Virus record (IMG/VR): IMGVR_UViG_3300023218_000040
Location: 128,001 to 192,000 of that record
Strand: one strand, 5' to 3'
From: a virus
Taxonomy: Duplodnaviria; Caudoviricetes
Length of the DNA stretch: 64,000 nucleotides
In this document: positions 1 to 9,840 of the stretch, one piece after another
How the letters are laid out: each line of letters begins with the position of its first letter
Position numbering within the stretch: position 1 is the stretch's first letter
The notes under the pieces: generated by a model
Seen by the model: only the letters and a program-made list of their open reading frames with translations
What the model was told of the DNA's origin: nothing
The model's database searches: none
Program-made: the position numbers and the translations under genes

Positions 1-453
1 GGAGGATGGTACGGCATAACAGCTTTTCTAATTCTGAGTAGAGACAAGCTACCGATTCAGAACATCCGGTCATATGATATTGATCCGTCGTGTGAAATCA
101 TAGCGGATAAAATCAACACCGCATGGGTATATGAGAAGTGGAAATTCAAAGCATTCACCGCTGATGTGAACCAGTTTAACTGGTACACGGAGTATGATTG
201 GATTCCAGATCTGGTTATCAACACTTCGGCTGAACACTTTGAGGAGGACGATTGGTATTACAGTCTGTTACCTCAGACATGTATTGCAGTTCAAGCTAAC
301 AATCAAGACAATGACTCACATACTAATCGAGTGGATACCTTGAAAGATATGGAGTCCAGGTTTCCCATGCGTGATGTTCTATACAACGGAGATCGGGTGT
401 ATGAGTATCCGGACAAAATGTATAGGAGATTCATGAGAATCGGTTTCAAATGA
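1..453 (+). CDS. Class I SAM-dependent methyltransferase-like protein, 5'-truncated by the window edge
   Basis: Frame 1 is open from base 1: GGWYGITAFL...RSYDIDPSCE...DLVINTSAEH; Gly-rich motif I, acidic YDID motif and NTSxEH motif. The track ORF 166..453 is only the C-terminal part. Confidence 0.55.
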   Translation, partial: GGWYGITAFLILSRDKLPIQNIRSYDIDPSCEIIADKINTAWVYEKWKFKAFTADVNQFNWYTEYDWIPDLVINTSAEHFEEDDWYYSLLPQTCIAVQANNQDNDSHTNRVDTLKDMESRFPMRDVLYNGDRVYEYPDKMYRRFMRIGFK

Positions 454-1067
454 TAGCCATCGACCTGTGTCAAACTGATGATCCGACAGCATGGAATATG
501 TTTCATGAGTTATGGATTGAAGCAAAAACAGGCTCAGATCGTAATGCCAGGAACTATGTGAACTTGAAAATTTTGGAGCACGATGCGTTCCATGTATTGA
601 TTGATGATAGGGCGATTGCTTTTGCTGGTGTATACAACGCTGGTATCTATCCGAACACAATAGCCCGTGTGCTGAACCGTGCATACTATGCTAGATCAGT
701 AAGACAATCAGGACTACCAACAAACAAGGACGGACGAAGAAAAGGAGGACTCCTATCTAAGTACGTTCTTCCAATGCAAGTGGAAGTCTGCCGACGAAAC
801 AGATCGGCTGCGTTCTTCTCAATCGAGTTCAATCGTCGCAGACGCACCATTCAGAATGTCACGTCCTGGATCAATGAGTACGACCGAACATATGAGGAGA
901 CATGGGAAGTTCTTTCGGACATGTATTTCACATGCCCAGAGTATGAAGATTGCATCAAGGATCCGACCTGTTGGCAAAATGTATCCGTGTTGAAGTTTCA
1001 AAGGGATTTCGAGTTCCCGTTACAGAGGAAAACTAGAGATGAGTGGAGACTATACTTTAGTAACTAA
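450..1067 (+). CDS. Hypothetical protein, possibly GNAT-like acyltransferase
   Basis: 205 aa; ATGA-coupled to upstream gene; IAFAGVY...ARVLNRAYY resembles GNAT-type beta-strand segments. Confidence 0.4.
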   Translation: MIAIDLCQTDDPTAWNMFHELWIEAKTGSDRNARNYVNLKILEHDAFHVLIDDRAIAFAGVYNAGIYPNTIARVLNRAYYARSVRQSGLPTNKDGRRKGGLLSKYVLPMQVEVCRRNRSAAFFSIEFNRRRRTIQNVTSWINEYDRTYEETWEVLSDMYFTCPEYEDCIKDPTCWQNVSVLKFQRDFEFPLQRKTRDEWRLYFSN

Positions 1068-1947
1068 GACCGCTCGTGCTATTGCTGACAGGGAATTCTT
1101 GGCATGGTACAACAGCGTTAATAACGTTTCATTGGCTGAAGCTAGAGCCATGTACATCCAGGATAACTTTCGTGACATGTACATTGACCGGTTCAGAAAT
1201 TGGGCAACTGGACATAGCACAAGTCCGATAATCGGTCTTGATGATTTTCCTAAAGTGGCCATCACGAATGCGATAACCCATTCCCTGGATTGCTTCGTAG
1301 CCAAGTGTCTCGGTCAAGGTCTAAATATTCGGGTCTTCCGTGGTGAATATCCGTACGTGAAAAGGCTTATGACGTTCCATGATAAGCCCCTGGTGTACTT
1401 GGATGATCAAGAAGTTCGTAGTTGTGATGCGGTGGTTCTATCGTATCCGTTTTCAGCCACCGGAGATAGACACTTCAGAACATTCGAACTGTTGAATGAA
1501 TGCTGTAAACTGAGAGTACCAGTATTCTTGGATTGTGCCTTTTGGCCTGCTTGTAGGGATGTACCTATTATCCTTGAGCACGAGTGCATCAGGCATGTAG
1601 CATTCAGCTTCAGTAAGTTGTTCCCGATGTCAGCGGTTAGGGTTGGCATCGAGTTCATGAGAGAGGACGTGCCACATCCAATGGATGTATTCAGCCTCGG
1701 TCACTACTACAACAGGCTGGGAGCGTATCTAGGTTATAAGTTGATGACACGTTTCTCACCCATGTATGTCACGAGTAGATATAGTGTAGCACAACATGCT
1801 ATTTGCAACGATTTAAAATTGATACCAAGCAAGACAGTAATCTTCGGATTGAGCCACGATTCAGTCTGGGATGAGTACTCACGTGAAGGTGTCATCAATA
1901 GACCATGCGTAACTAAAGGCATCGAGCGTTTGATGGGTGAAAAATGA
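1039..1947 (+). CDS. PLP-dependent aminotransferase-like protein (fold type I)
   Basis: LDCAF (PLP-binding Asp) and FSFSK (Schiff-base Lys) motifs followed by RVG. Confidence 0.6.
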   Translation: MSGDYTLVTKTARAIADREFLAWYNSVNNVSLAEARAMYIQDNFRDMYIDRFRNWATGHSTSPIIGLDDFPKVAITNAITHSLDCFVAKCLGQGLNIRVFRGEYPYVKRLMTFHDKPLVYLDDQEVRSCDAVVLSYPFSATGDRHFRTFELLNECCKLRVPVFLDCAFWPACRDVPIILEHECIRHVAFSFSKLFPMSAVRVGIEFMREDVPHPMDVFSLGHYYNRLGAYLGYKLMTRFSPMYVTSRYSVAQHAICNDLKLIPSKTVIFGLSHDSVWDEYSREGVINRPCVTKGIERLMGEK

Positions 1948-2690
1948 CAGACTTGACGCAACTTTTCCCTGGAAGAGACTTGAAGAGAGAGTGGAAAGAA
2001 CGATTTGGTTCCAAGGAGTTTGATGCCCCTGTTCGTGTGCTACCTTGGATTACGGTGGACACCGCTCGTTTGCAGGATTTCTATGAGAAGTGGAAGGGAC
2101 GTGATCATTCGGTATTCGAGGATGAGGTCATTGAGTATGCCTTTGGTGGAAGGTATTGCTCACCAGATGATTACTGGCCACTTGTTATTCATCACCCCAC
2201 AGACCTAGCGGTAGAGCTTCAGAGGCAACTGGATGAAGAACGTGGGGTGTCATGGTATGAACATCAGAAAGGACTATCTACCAAGAAGAGAATCAAGTCA
2301 CTCATTGATTTGAACAAGGACTATGATCCAATCATCGATGAGCGTAACTACACTAAGTTACCTGACCGATTGAATGAGACCTACATAGGTGAGTTGCTAG
2401 GACAGTTCAAAGCTACTCCGGTTAGGGCTAGGTTTGTCAAGCTTATGCCAGACCAAGAAGTAGGTGAGCATATCGATTATAGTCCGAAGTACGCATTGAA
2501 GGCACACATACCCGTATACACACATCCAGATGCAGTGCTTGGGTTTGAAGGACATGGCGACATACATTTGGTTCCAGGACATGCTTATGTGGTGAACACG
2601 GGTATTAAGCATTGGGCTAAGAACAACAGTAGAAAACAGCGAGTTCATTTAGTGGTCTCGCTTGACGGACAAGAGGACATAACATCATGA
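1944..2690 (+). CDS. Asp/Asn beta-hydroxylase-like 2OG-Fe(II) dioxygenase (paralog 1)
   Basis: RARFVKL..EHIDY (HxD), HIPV, NTGIKHWAKN...RVHLV. Confidence 0.75.
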   Translation: MTDLTQLFPGRDLKREWKERFGSKEFDAPVRVLPWITVDTARLQDFYEKWKGRDHSVFEDEVIEYAFGGRYCSPDDYWPLVIHHPTDLAVELQRQLDEERGVSWYEHQKGLSTKKRIKSLIDLNKDYDPIIDERNYTKLPDRLNETYIGELLGQFKATPVRARFVKLMPDQEVGEHIDYSPKYALKAHIPVYTHPDAVLGFEGHGDIHLVPGHAYVVNTGIKHWAKNNSRKQRVHLVVSLDGQEDITS

Positions 2691-3394
2691 GAAACGTGCT
2701 AGAAACAACGCAGGATCTTCCTCCTTTGGTAGAGAGACTGGATATCAAGGCTGATATCGGAAAGCTGTACGACCTTGCTAAGAAGGTCCACCTTGTGAAC
2801 TACAAGTACATACCAACGTTTCATTTTGAGAGCACACAGGAATCTCGAATCCATCTGTATGGTATTCGCAGCGGAATGCTGATCTCATCTCGTATGCAGG
2901 GCGGTGGGTATCAAGGATCCACCATGACTCTATCCGAAGAAGATGAGAAGCTGAGAATTAGAACCGAGTCCAGTCTAGAAGCGATTAAAGATTATCCAGA
3001 TCAGTACACAACAAGGACCAATATTTGCCTTGGATACGTGAATGATGTGATTGATTTCTTTCCAGAGTGCTGGAGAACTACGTTTTGGACTGAGACTCCT
3101 GTATACGGATACATTCCACATACCGACAACCCATCGGACAGTGCAGCCATCCATATCCCGTTGTACACCAATGCGTTTTGCTACATGGGCTATGAAACCC
3201 AACAGGTGTATCATCTACCAGCGGATGGTCATTGTTATTGGGTTAACACCCACATCCGCCACACTGCGTGGAATCATGGTAGCGAGCTACGCACACACCT
3301 ACGTATCAATCTACCTCGTGCTTGCTATGACAAGTACAAAAGCATGGAGAATGCGGTGATCAACTTCTCAGGCAAGTATCCAGATCCAGAATGA
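2687..3394 (+). CDS. Asp/Asn beta-hydroxylase-like 2OG-Fe(II) dioxygenase (paralog 2)
   Basis: PHTD, HIPLYTN, HLPADGHCYWVNT..HTAWNHG..RTHL. Confidence 0.75.
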   Translation: MRNVLETTQDLPPLVERLDIKADIGKLYDLAKKVHLVNYKYIPTFHFESTQESRIHLYGIRSGMLISSRMQGGGYQGSTMTLSEEDEKLRIRTESSLEAIKDYPDQYTTRTNICLGYVNDVIDFFPECWRTTFWTETPVYGYIPHTDNPSDSAAIHIPLYTNAFCYMGYETQQVYHLPADGHCYWVNTHIRHTAWNHGSELRTHLRINLPRACYDKYKSMENAVINFSGKYPDPE

Positions 3395-4023
3395 ATATTG
3401 TACGGACAAACATCAAAGTGGACATTGATACCCTTTATCGGGAGTATCAGATCATGTTGGAATCCCACACCGAGAGATACCTTGGTATTGACACTGAGGT
3501 TCCTTCTGGTGTTGACATCGATGATACCATCTCTAAGGAAAAGTATTGCTTTCGTGGAAGCTGGGCTCATGGTACAAGGTTTCACAGCACTAGAGAACTG
3601 ACCCAGGAAGAAGAAAGAGCAGTATCCAGCAACAGCGAAGAGGGGGCTAAGATTGATCATCTTTTTACTAGACGAAATGAGAAGTGTGTTGGGTACCTAA
3701 ATGATGTATTGGACTTTCTCTCTGATGCCTGGAGAGGAAGCTGGTGGACTCTTGATCCTGGGTTTTGTTACAAGCCACATAGTGATTCGCCATACGACTC
3801 CATGAGATGCCATATTGCGCTAACCACCAATCCATTCTGTCACATGGCATATGATGATGGCGAGTGTCATCACATCCCAGCAGATGGGCATATATACTTG
3901 TCTAGAACTGACATCAAGCATACCGCATGGAACATGGGTGAGTCTTCTAGAACACACATCATGATGAAAATGCCTCTACAATCTTGGAATCGATATGCCA
4001 ACCATTCATTATATTCCATTTAG
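3391..4023 (+). CDS. Asp/Asn beta-hydroxylase-like 2OG-Fe(II) dioxygenase (paralog 3)
   Basis: PHSD, HIALTTN, HIPADGH...HTAWNMG..RTHI. Confidence 0.75.
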   Translation: MNIVRTNIKVDIDTLYREYQIMLESHTERYLGIDTEVPSGVDIDDTISKEKYCFRGSWAHGTRFHSTRELTQEEERAVSSNSEEGAKIDHLFTRRNEKCVGYLNDVLDFLSDAWRGSWWTLDPGFCYKPHSDSPYDSMRCHIALTTNPFCHMAYDDGECHHIPADGHIYLSRTDIKHTAWNMGESSRTHIMMKMPLQSWNRYANHSLYSI

Positions 4024-4663
4024 GTTCCATCGAAGTGCCATTACTGTCGATCTGGAAAGATTGCAGGATTGGTATCTGAAGTATGCCTTTGCTAATCCTC
4101 CCCATAGATGGAACAGAGAAGAGGACGAGTACCAGACCCACGAGACGTTTGGAGAAGGTGCATATGGTTGGCAGTTGCACGAACCAAACTTGACTGGAGC
4201 GATTCCGATCAACGAGGAGGGTACTTCTGTTGATAGTCCCATCATGTCCAAGCGTGCCACATATCGGTTTGCGGATGGTGAGACTAGAAAGGTACGTAAT
4301 CAGGATTATACAATTCGTTCTGCTGGTCTTACTGGCTATTTGGCTGAGATACTTGATCACTTCCCGGAAGCATACCGCTGCGGTATGAAGGACATGTGTC
4401 CTGGCTTTGGGTATAAGGAGCACGTGGACCCTCCCCGTGGTAATCACTATCGAATTCATATTCCGTTGTACACGAATGAGGGTTGCAAACAAGAAGTATT
4501 GGGGGAGGAGCGTCACTTCGAGGCAGACGGTCATTTGTGGTTTATGAATACCGGAGTTTTGCATCGAGCATGGAACCACGGAACTACTCGTCGTCTCCAC
4601 ATCTATTGGCAGATGCCATTAGATACATTTTGGAAGTACCACGAGAAGAGTATGCAGCTATGA
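3995..4663 (+). CDS. Asp/Asn beta-hydroxylase-like 2OG-Fe(II) dioxygenase (paralog 4)
   Basis: EHVD, RIHIPLYTN, HFEADGH...HRAWNHG..RLHI. Confidence 0.75.
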   Translation: MPTIHYIPFRFHRSAITVDLERLQDWYLKYAFANPPHRWNREEDEYQTHETFGEGAYGWQLHEPNLTGAIPINEEGTSVDSPIMSKRATYRFADGETRKVRNQDYTIRSAGLTGYLAEILDHFPEAYRCGMKDMCPGFGYKEHVDPPRGNHYRIHIPLYTNEGCKQEVLGEERHFEADGHLWFMNTGVLHRAWNHGTTRRLHIYWQMPLDTFWKYHEKSMQL

Positions 4664-5310
4664 GTGGTTTGATTAAGACTAATGGGCACATTGATTTGGA
4701 TCGTCTTCGGAACTGGTACGAGGCGTTACAATACTATGAGTATCCAACTAGGAAGGATGACACAATCGACTACGCCAAAGACTACTTCGAGCCCGGAAGC
4801 AAGGGATACGGATGGGCGTTGCACGAGTTCGAGAAGCCGGATAACGTAGAACGAATTTGGTGGCGTAATCCAGATAGAAAAGATGATCCGATGATTCGCT
4901 CTAAGGGTCGGTTGTTTTTCAAAGATGGTAGCAAGGCATTCATTGGCAATGAGCACTTCACCAAACGTAGAGAAGTTTGCAATGGTTATATGGCCGACGT
5001 TCTAACTATTTTCCCAGAGGCATACCGTGGCGCTGTATGGGCGATGCATCCTGGGTTTAAGTTTGTTGAGCACATTGACTATCCACAAGAGCAAACATAT
5101 CGCTTCCATGTGGTTCTTTATACTAATCCAAATGCCATGTTCAAGCTAAGCGATGAGGTCGTGCACATGCCAGCGGACGGACATTTGTGGATGGTCAAAA
5201 CCGGTTCAGAAAAGCATACCGCTTGGAATTATGGAGAAACTGATCGAATTCACATTCATTGGCAGATGCCAATTGAGACTTGGGACAAGTATATCAGCGG
5301 ATTGACTTAA
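4660..5310 (+). CDS. Asp/Asn beta-hydroxylase-like 2OG-Fe(II) dioxygenase (paralog 5)
   Basis: Start placed at ATG 4660 (ATGA overlap with paralog 4 stop); EHID, RFHVVLYTN, HMPADGH...HTAWNYG..RIHI. Confidence 0.75.
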   Translation: MSGLIKTNGHIDLDRLRNWYEALQYYEYPTRKDDTIDYAKDYFEPGSKGYGWALHEFEKPDNVERIWWRNPDRKDDPMIRSKGRLFFKDGSKAFIGNEHFTKRREVCNGYMADVLTIFPEAYRGAVWAMHPGFKFVEHIDYPQEQTYRFHVVLYTNPNAMFKLSDEVVHMPADGHLWMVKTGSEKHTAWNYGETDRIHIHWQMPIETWDKYISGLT

Positions 5311-6106
5311 TCCCGTTTGCGATCTTCTTGGAAGTCTCTGGCCCAGGGTGTTGTAGATCTCTGGATACATCCACCTGAATGTCCGCTAGACTAGCTCTCA
5401 AGTAGTTATCGCTAAACGGAAAAAACTCTCGATACACTTCATCGTATGTCAGGCAGTGTGCATCGACCAGAGCCCATGCGTAGTCAGTTGAGTTTGATTT
5501 TAAGAACAGATCAACCATTGTGATATTCTTCAGTAGATTGTTTACATTGCTGGTGAAGTGAGACAGTTGCCCCTGAGCATCCATATGTGGAACGTACTTG
5601 TCTGATACTTTCACGGTCTGATCTTTCCAGTTTCTCAACCATTGGATTGGGTTACCTTCTTCGTCATAGATTTCCCGACGAGTGTGGTATGTCCAGTAGA
5701 TGAATACAAACGTTGGTTTGAAAAGAGGCACTGTACTCATGACTGTGCGTGCAATCAGATCGTTGCTGGCACCAGCAATTCCCATGTTGAATGGGACATG
5801 ACGTTCGTCATGTGCGAGATAGGGTATGGTATGCTCAACTGGTAGACCGTACCCCTGCATCACGGAGCATCCATAGTATGCCTCAGTGATTTTGTGCTTG
5901 GCTACCACGAATGGAGGAGCACGAAAGCCGTGGTGATTGAACCGATATCTGATGTCATCGGGGCCGTACGGAACTTCCTCTCCGGTTTCAATATTAAACT
6001 GATACTTCTCCTCACTGTCTCCCCTGAACCACTTCGACTCGTAGTTAGTGTATTCGGATAGATCAGGTAGCGTTGTCGGTGAGGTTATCTTGAACCCACG
6101 CATCAA
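5294..6106 (-). CDS. SGNH/GDSL-hydrolase-like protein
   Basis: YYGCSVMQG (block I Ser), NMGIAGASND (block II), C-terminal DLQHPG (DxxHP). Confidence 0.5.
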   Translation of the reverse strand: MMRGFKITSPTTLPDLSEYTNYESKWFRGDSEEKYQFNIETGEEVPYGPDDIRYRFNHHGFRAPPFVVAKHKITEAYYGCSVMQGYGLPVEHTIPYLAHDERHVPFNMGIAGASNDLIARTVMSTVPLFKPTFVFIYWTYHTRREIYDEEGNPIQWLRNWKDQTVKVSDKYVPHMDAQGQLSHFTSNVNNLLKNITMVDLFLKSNSTDYAWALVDAHCLTYDEVYREFFPFSDNYLRASLADIQVDVSRDLQHPGPETSKKIANGIKSIR

Positions 6107-6839
6107 ACTCTCCTAGATTAGTGATATACAAATTCTTATCAATCAGATTTCCCACCTTTTTGGGTAAACGATCACGGTCTCTTTCGTTCACATAGTTCTG
6201 CCAATCATCAAAGCCTAGCTCCGCACCAAGCATCTCGTATCGGTCCTTGTACTGAACCATATCCTCATACCATAGCAGATTATAGTCTACTCCAGGTATA
6301 TTCATTACACAACGTTTGGCTTCTTCGAGGGCACGAAAGTCGTACAGTATGATGTCACCAATTTCTTCAGTAAATTCACCGGGAGTGAATAGCTTCTCCT
6401 GTCCTTCCCTGCGAACCGTGAACCAGTTGGATATAATGGCAATTGCATAGGACAGTGCCCGTTCACGTTTATCTTTACGGTCAGTGATCACGAAGTGATA
6501 GTTATCGTAGAGGTACTGCAACCGGTCGTCATCACAATGCAGCCAGAAATAGGCTGGGAACTTGATGAAGTAAGTTTGGTCGTGATACTTCTTTAGTAAA
6601 TCCACCCGTCGATTGTATTCGAACTTCCGGTCGATTTCCATGTGCCATGCCTCGTGAGGAGACAGATGGCTGAGCCTAGTCGTTGCTACGGACCAACCGG
6701 TGTCATACACCCAATTGCGTAGCATGAAGTCTCCGAGGGCCGTGTGATAGCCGAGCTTACGATTTACGTACCGCCATAGGACAACCTGAAGCATGGTGCT
6801 CCCGGTTCTAGATCCAGAAAGGACGCAGTATCGCTTCAT
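6063..6839 (-). CDS. Sulfotransferase-like P-loop protein
   Basis: SGSRTGSTML PAPS-binding-loop-like motif, R-D...R-A-L-S, and LWYED; start chosen at ATG 6839. Confidence 0.5.
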   Translation of the reverse strand: MKRYCVLSGSRTGSTMLQVVLWRYVNRKLGYHTALGDFMLRNWVYDTGWSVATTRLSHLSPHEAWHMEIDRKFEYNRRVDLLKKYHDQTYFIKFPAYFWLHCDDDRLQYLYDNYHFVITDRKDKRERALSYAIAIISNWFTVRREGQEKLFTPGEFTEEIGDIILYDFRALEEAKRCVMNIPGVDYNLLWYEDMVQYKDRYEMLGAELGFDDWQNYVNERDRDRLPKKVGNLIDKNLYITNLGEFDAWVQDNLTDNAT

Positions 6840-6843
6840 GCAT

Positions 6844-9840
6844 TCACCGTATTTCCGACAGTGGGTGAGCATAATGTCGGTGTCTGCTCACCAAAAATCC
6901 AGTGCCCACTGCGGCATCAGCGAACGAAACGTTGTTAGTATTAATCAAGGAGTATTTATCATCCACTCCTGTATGAGTCTGCCTGATCTCATACATGCGG
7001 GCTTGATGTCTGAGCTTTTCGCCGTTGGTGAAGTATTCCTTCCAGTTGTGACTGACCTTGATGTGATTACCCGATTGCGGATCGTATGATGGGTCAAGCA
7101 TGATTCCCTGCTGGAAATTAATTAGGTCATCAAGTTTCCAAGACCAATTTACATGCTTGGACATATACTGGATCAGTCTTGAATAGAACACGTCCTTATG
7201 TCCACAAAGGCTGAGCCATAGCCAATCAGCGGGGTTCCTTCTTGTTGGTCCGAACCCGATTGCCTTTTGCATGAGATGATTTGATGGATGGTTTGGATAT
7301 GAATGTAATAGCTTTTTGAGCTTGTGTAGTCTACGACCAATAACACAGTCTTCTATCTCCATACATCCTGTGATCAGGTTTTCGTAGAACTTGCGATAGG
7401 ATACACCTTGCTCCCGGTTCAGGTATTCGGCAATGTATCTGGTGTAGTAGCCACAATGAAGAGCTTGAATAGCCCATGCGAATAGATAGCAATCAACCCA
7501 ATCGTCTTTCGACATGGTATCGGTTGCTATCACTACTTGGTTGGTTTCAATTTCTTCTGTATCTGTTCTTGGTAGTTCCAGGAACACGTTCTTGGTTACT
7601 GTCTTCAATCCATACCGGCTGACATGCTGGGCCATTGGGGCATTGGGCAATATGGAAAGCTCCCATACTCGGATATCCTCATGGTTGCCTGCTGCTATCA
7701 ATGAACAAATCCCATCGAGGAAGCTATCTTTAGTTTCCTCTGGAAGAGGCAGGATGAGTTCACTGTAGGTGTGGTATCCTTCTGCACGATATCTTTCTTG
7801 CAGTTCTCGGTATTTGTTCACACCGATGTTTTCCCTATCAACAGCTTCCAGTACACCTTCATCCATGCTTTGCATAGACAGCGTAGTTCCATAGATCATC
7901 CCCGCTTCCATGAGAGATTTGGTGATGTTGAATACCCGGTTGTTTGAGTTTTTTGCGAAGCTCCCTCGGATTTGCTTGGGGTATCCATACTCACTTTTGC
8001 TCCTGATCAAAGCGTTCGTGATTCCCTCATCAACTTTCAGCATACCAAAGTTGGCATCACAGATGTATACGTTATCGATCTGGTGTTCAGTGAAAAAGTC
8101 GAAGTCATGCCCGAGTCTCTTTAGGGAGAACTTCCTGACCTTATTCATCAATGATGATCCCCAATCGCAATTATGTGATTCTACTCCATGTACCGAATAA
8201 ACTGGTTGCTCTTCAGTTTCCAGATTAAACACATACCCGTCATAGTATTTCATTTTCACAGATTTCACTAATACTGTTTGATTTGGGTTATCAACAACAA
8301 ACTGGCCTGAAAATTCCACCCGATATGATGTGTTAACGCATACTTTCTTTCCTTGGATGTGTTCATCTAGTGATTTTCTTTGATATACACCAGCGTTCTT
8401 ACCAAACCTATTCAAGATTACTTGAAGTTGGAACGCTAAAGTTTTAGACACGGTGCTGGAAGCCCAACGCCCATTTGAATTTTCCTCGTTAATGTGAAAG
8501 GAGCCATCGCCTAAAAGATATCCTTCTATGAGTGGCTTTAGTAAAGAAGCGTCTAAATTCATCCAAAAATGGGGAATTCTCTTTGTTGTGGCCTTGTCAC
8601 CGAACATAGATTTGAATAAGTTTCCAAGAACACTGTTGCTTATAGATACTTGTGTAGCTGTGTTGGTATCTGATAAGTAAGCCTTTAAACCAAATATCGA
8701 ATACAGAGTGGATAATATCTCATTTTGAAGGTCTATTTGGTCTTTGTGAAATGTCCAATTTACAGTACACGAATTAGGTCTGTTTTTGTGAAAACAGACC
8801 GAGCCATCTGCTATGAATAGACCACAAAGCCTCATGAACTCTTTGGTAAGAGGTATGACCTTTGGTATTGGATTTTTACCCCCTGAATACCTAACCCATC
8901 CTATGTTCTCTTGAACATCCGGAAGAATATCTCCTACAGAAAGATGATCCTTCGGAATGGGGGATGGAGAAGATAGGACAAGTCTATCACCCACTCTTAT
9001 TTTAGAAGCATACTTCAATCCGTTCTCAGTGAACCACTCATGATCTGGTGTACAATGTATTTCTTGTCTACCTTGTACCTTAATAACAATCATATCACCA
9101 CGATATCGTCTTTTCATTTTTCTGGCTATTGGTTGCATTCCGTAAGAGGACCAAACATGAGAAACCGAATCAGACGATACAGCTTTTTCTATGGTCATTA
9201 CCCCATCATTCGTATAGACCCATGCATTATTGTCTAAACAAAACGAACATTGATATGGACATCCACGGTTGGTTTCCCAAGGAACCCAGAATTCTTGACC
9301 GGTCTCTTTTACTTCGGTTACGGCTGAATCCAGGAACTGATAAGGGCTATCTATTTCTATATCCTTTGGCAGCTTTTCTCCAAACAGAGATCTACTTGGT
9401 ACATGGAAATCGCTTGTGCTTGTTCCATGTAGTGGATACGCATCAGCCTCTGAAATATGAATCTTCAGAACATTAGCGAACGTTACCTCCCCCTCGCCGT
9501 GAACGATTATATCAACGTAAGGATGTTCCTTGAAGAAGTTTCCTGGTGTGTTGGGAACATGTGGACCACCTGCAACTACGTAAACCTGTGTATTCTTTTC
9601 TCGCAACAGTCGGGCGATCTTCATTTGCTTCTTGAAGTTCCAAACGTAGCAACTCAAAGCGAGAACATCGCAATCAATCTTAGCAACGATGTTCTCTGCT
9701 GTATCATCCAGAAATATGGGATCGCCCCACTCTAGTTGATTTGCTAAAGCGGGTTCGCACTCCTCGATGTAGCCCCTAAGCAATCCATGTATCAGAGGCA
9801 AGAACACCAAACGGTTCAAGCAGACGACTTGGACTTTCAT
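6844..9840 (-). CDS. Cobalamin (B12)-binding-domain radical SAM enzyme containing an intein
   Basis: N-terminal B12-binding domain (LSCYVWN...VAGGPH...IVHGEGE); ETNRGCPYQCSF-[intein]-CDWG; DANFG; SMQSMD; ELILPLPEET. Confidence 0.85.
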   Translation of the reverse strand: MKVQVVCLNRLVFLPLIHGLLRGYIEECEPALANQLEWGDPIFLDDTAENIVAKIDCDVLALSCYVWNFKKQMKIARLLREKNTQVYVVAGGPHVPNTPGNFFKEHPYVDIIVHGEGEVTFANVLKIHISEADAYPLHGTSTSDFHVPSRSLFGEKLPKDIEIDSPYQFLDSAVTEVKETGQEFWVPWETNRGCPYQCSFCLDNNAWVYTNDGVMTIEKAVSSDSVSHVWSSYGMQPIARKMKRRYRGDMIVIKVQGRQEIHCTPDHEWFTENGLKYASKIRVGDRLVLSSPSPIPKDHLSVGDILPDVQENIGWVRYSGGKNPIPKVIPLTKEFMRLCGLFIADGSVCFHKNRPNSCTVNWTFHKDQIDLQNEILSTLYSIFGLKAYLSDTNTATQVSISNSVLGNLFKSMFGDKATTKRIPHFWMNLDASLLKPLIEGYLLGDGSFHINEENSNGRWASSTVSKTLAFQLQVILNRFGKNAGVYQRKSLDEHIQGKKVCVNTSYRVEFSGQFVVDNPNQTVLVKSVKMKYYDGYVFNLETEEQPVYSVHGVESHNCDWGSSLMNKVRKFSLKRLGHDFDFFTEHQIDNVYICDANFGMLKVDEGITNALIRSKSEYGYPKQIRGSFAKNSNNRVFNITKSLMEAGMIYGTTLSMQSMDEGVLEAVDRENIGVNKYRELQERYRAEGYHTYSELILPLPEETKDSFLDGICSLIAAGNHEDIRVWELSILPNAPMAQHVSRYGLKTVTKNVFLELPRTDTEEIETNQVVIATDTMSKDDWVDCYLFAWAIQALHCGYYTRYIAEYLNREQGVSYRKFYENLITGCMEIEDCVIGRRLHKLKKLLHSYPNHPSNHLMQKAIGFGPTRRNPADWLWLSLCGHKDVFYSRLIQYMSKHVNWSWKLDDLINFQQGIMLDPSYDPQSGNHIKVSHNWKEYFTNGEKLRHQARMYEIRQTHTGVDDKYSLINTNNVSFADAAVGTGFLVSRHRHYAHPLSEIR
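8170..9240 (-). mobile_element. Intein (357 aa) with LAGLIDADG homing endonuclease, inside the CxxxCxxC motif
   Basis: Begins CLDNNAWV, block B TPDHEW, LCGLFIADG and LIEGYLLGDG motifs, ends VESHN before +1 Cys. Confidence 0.9.
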
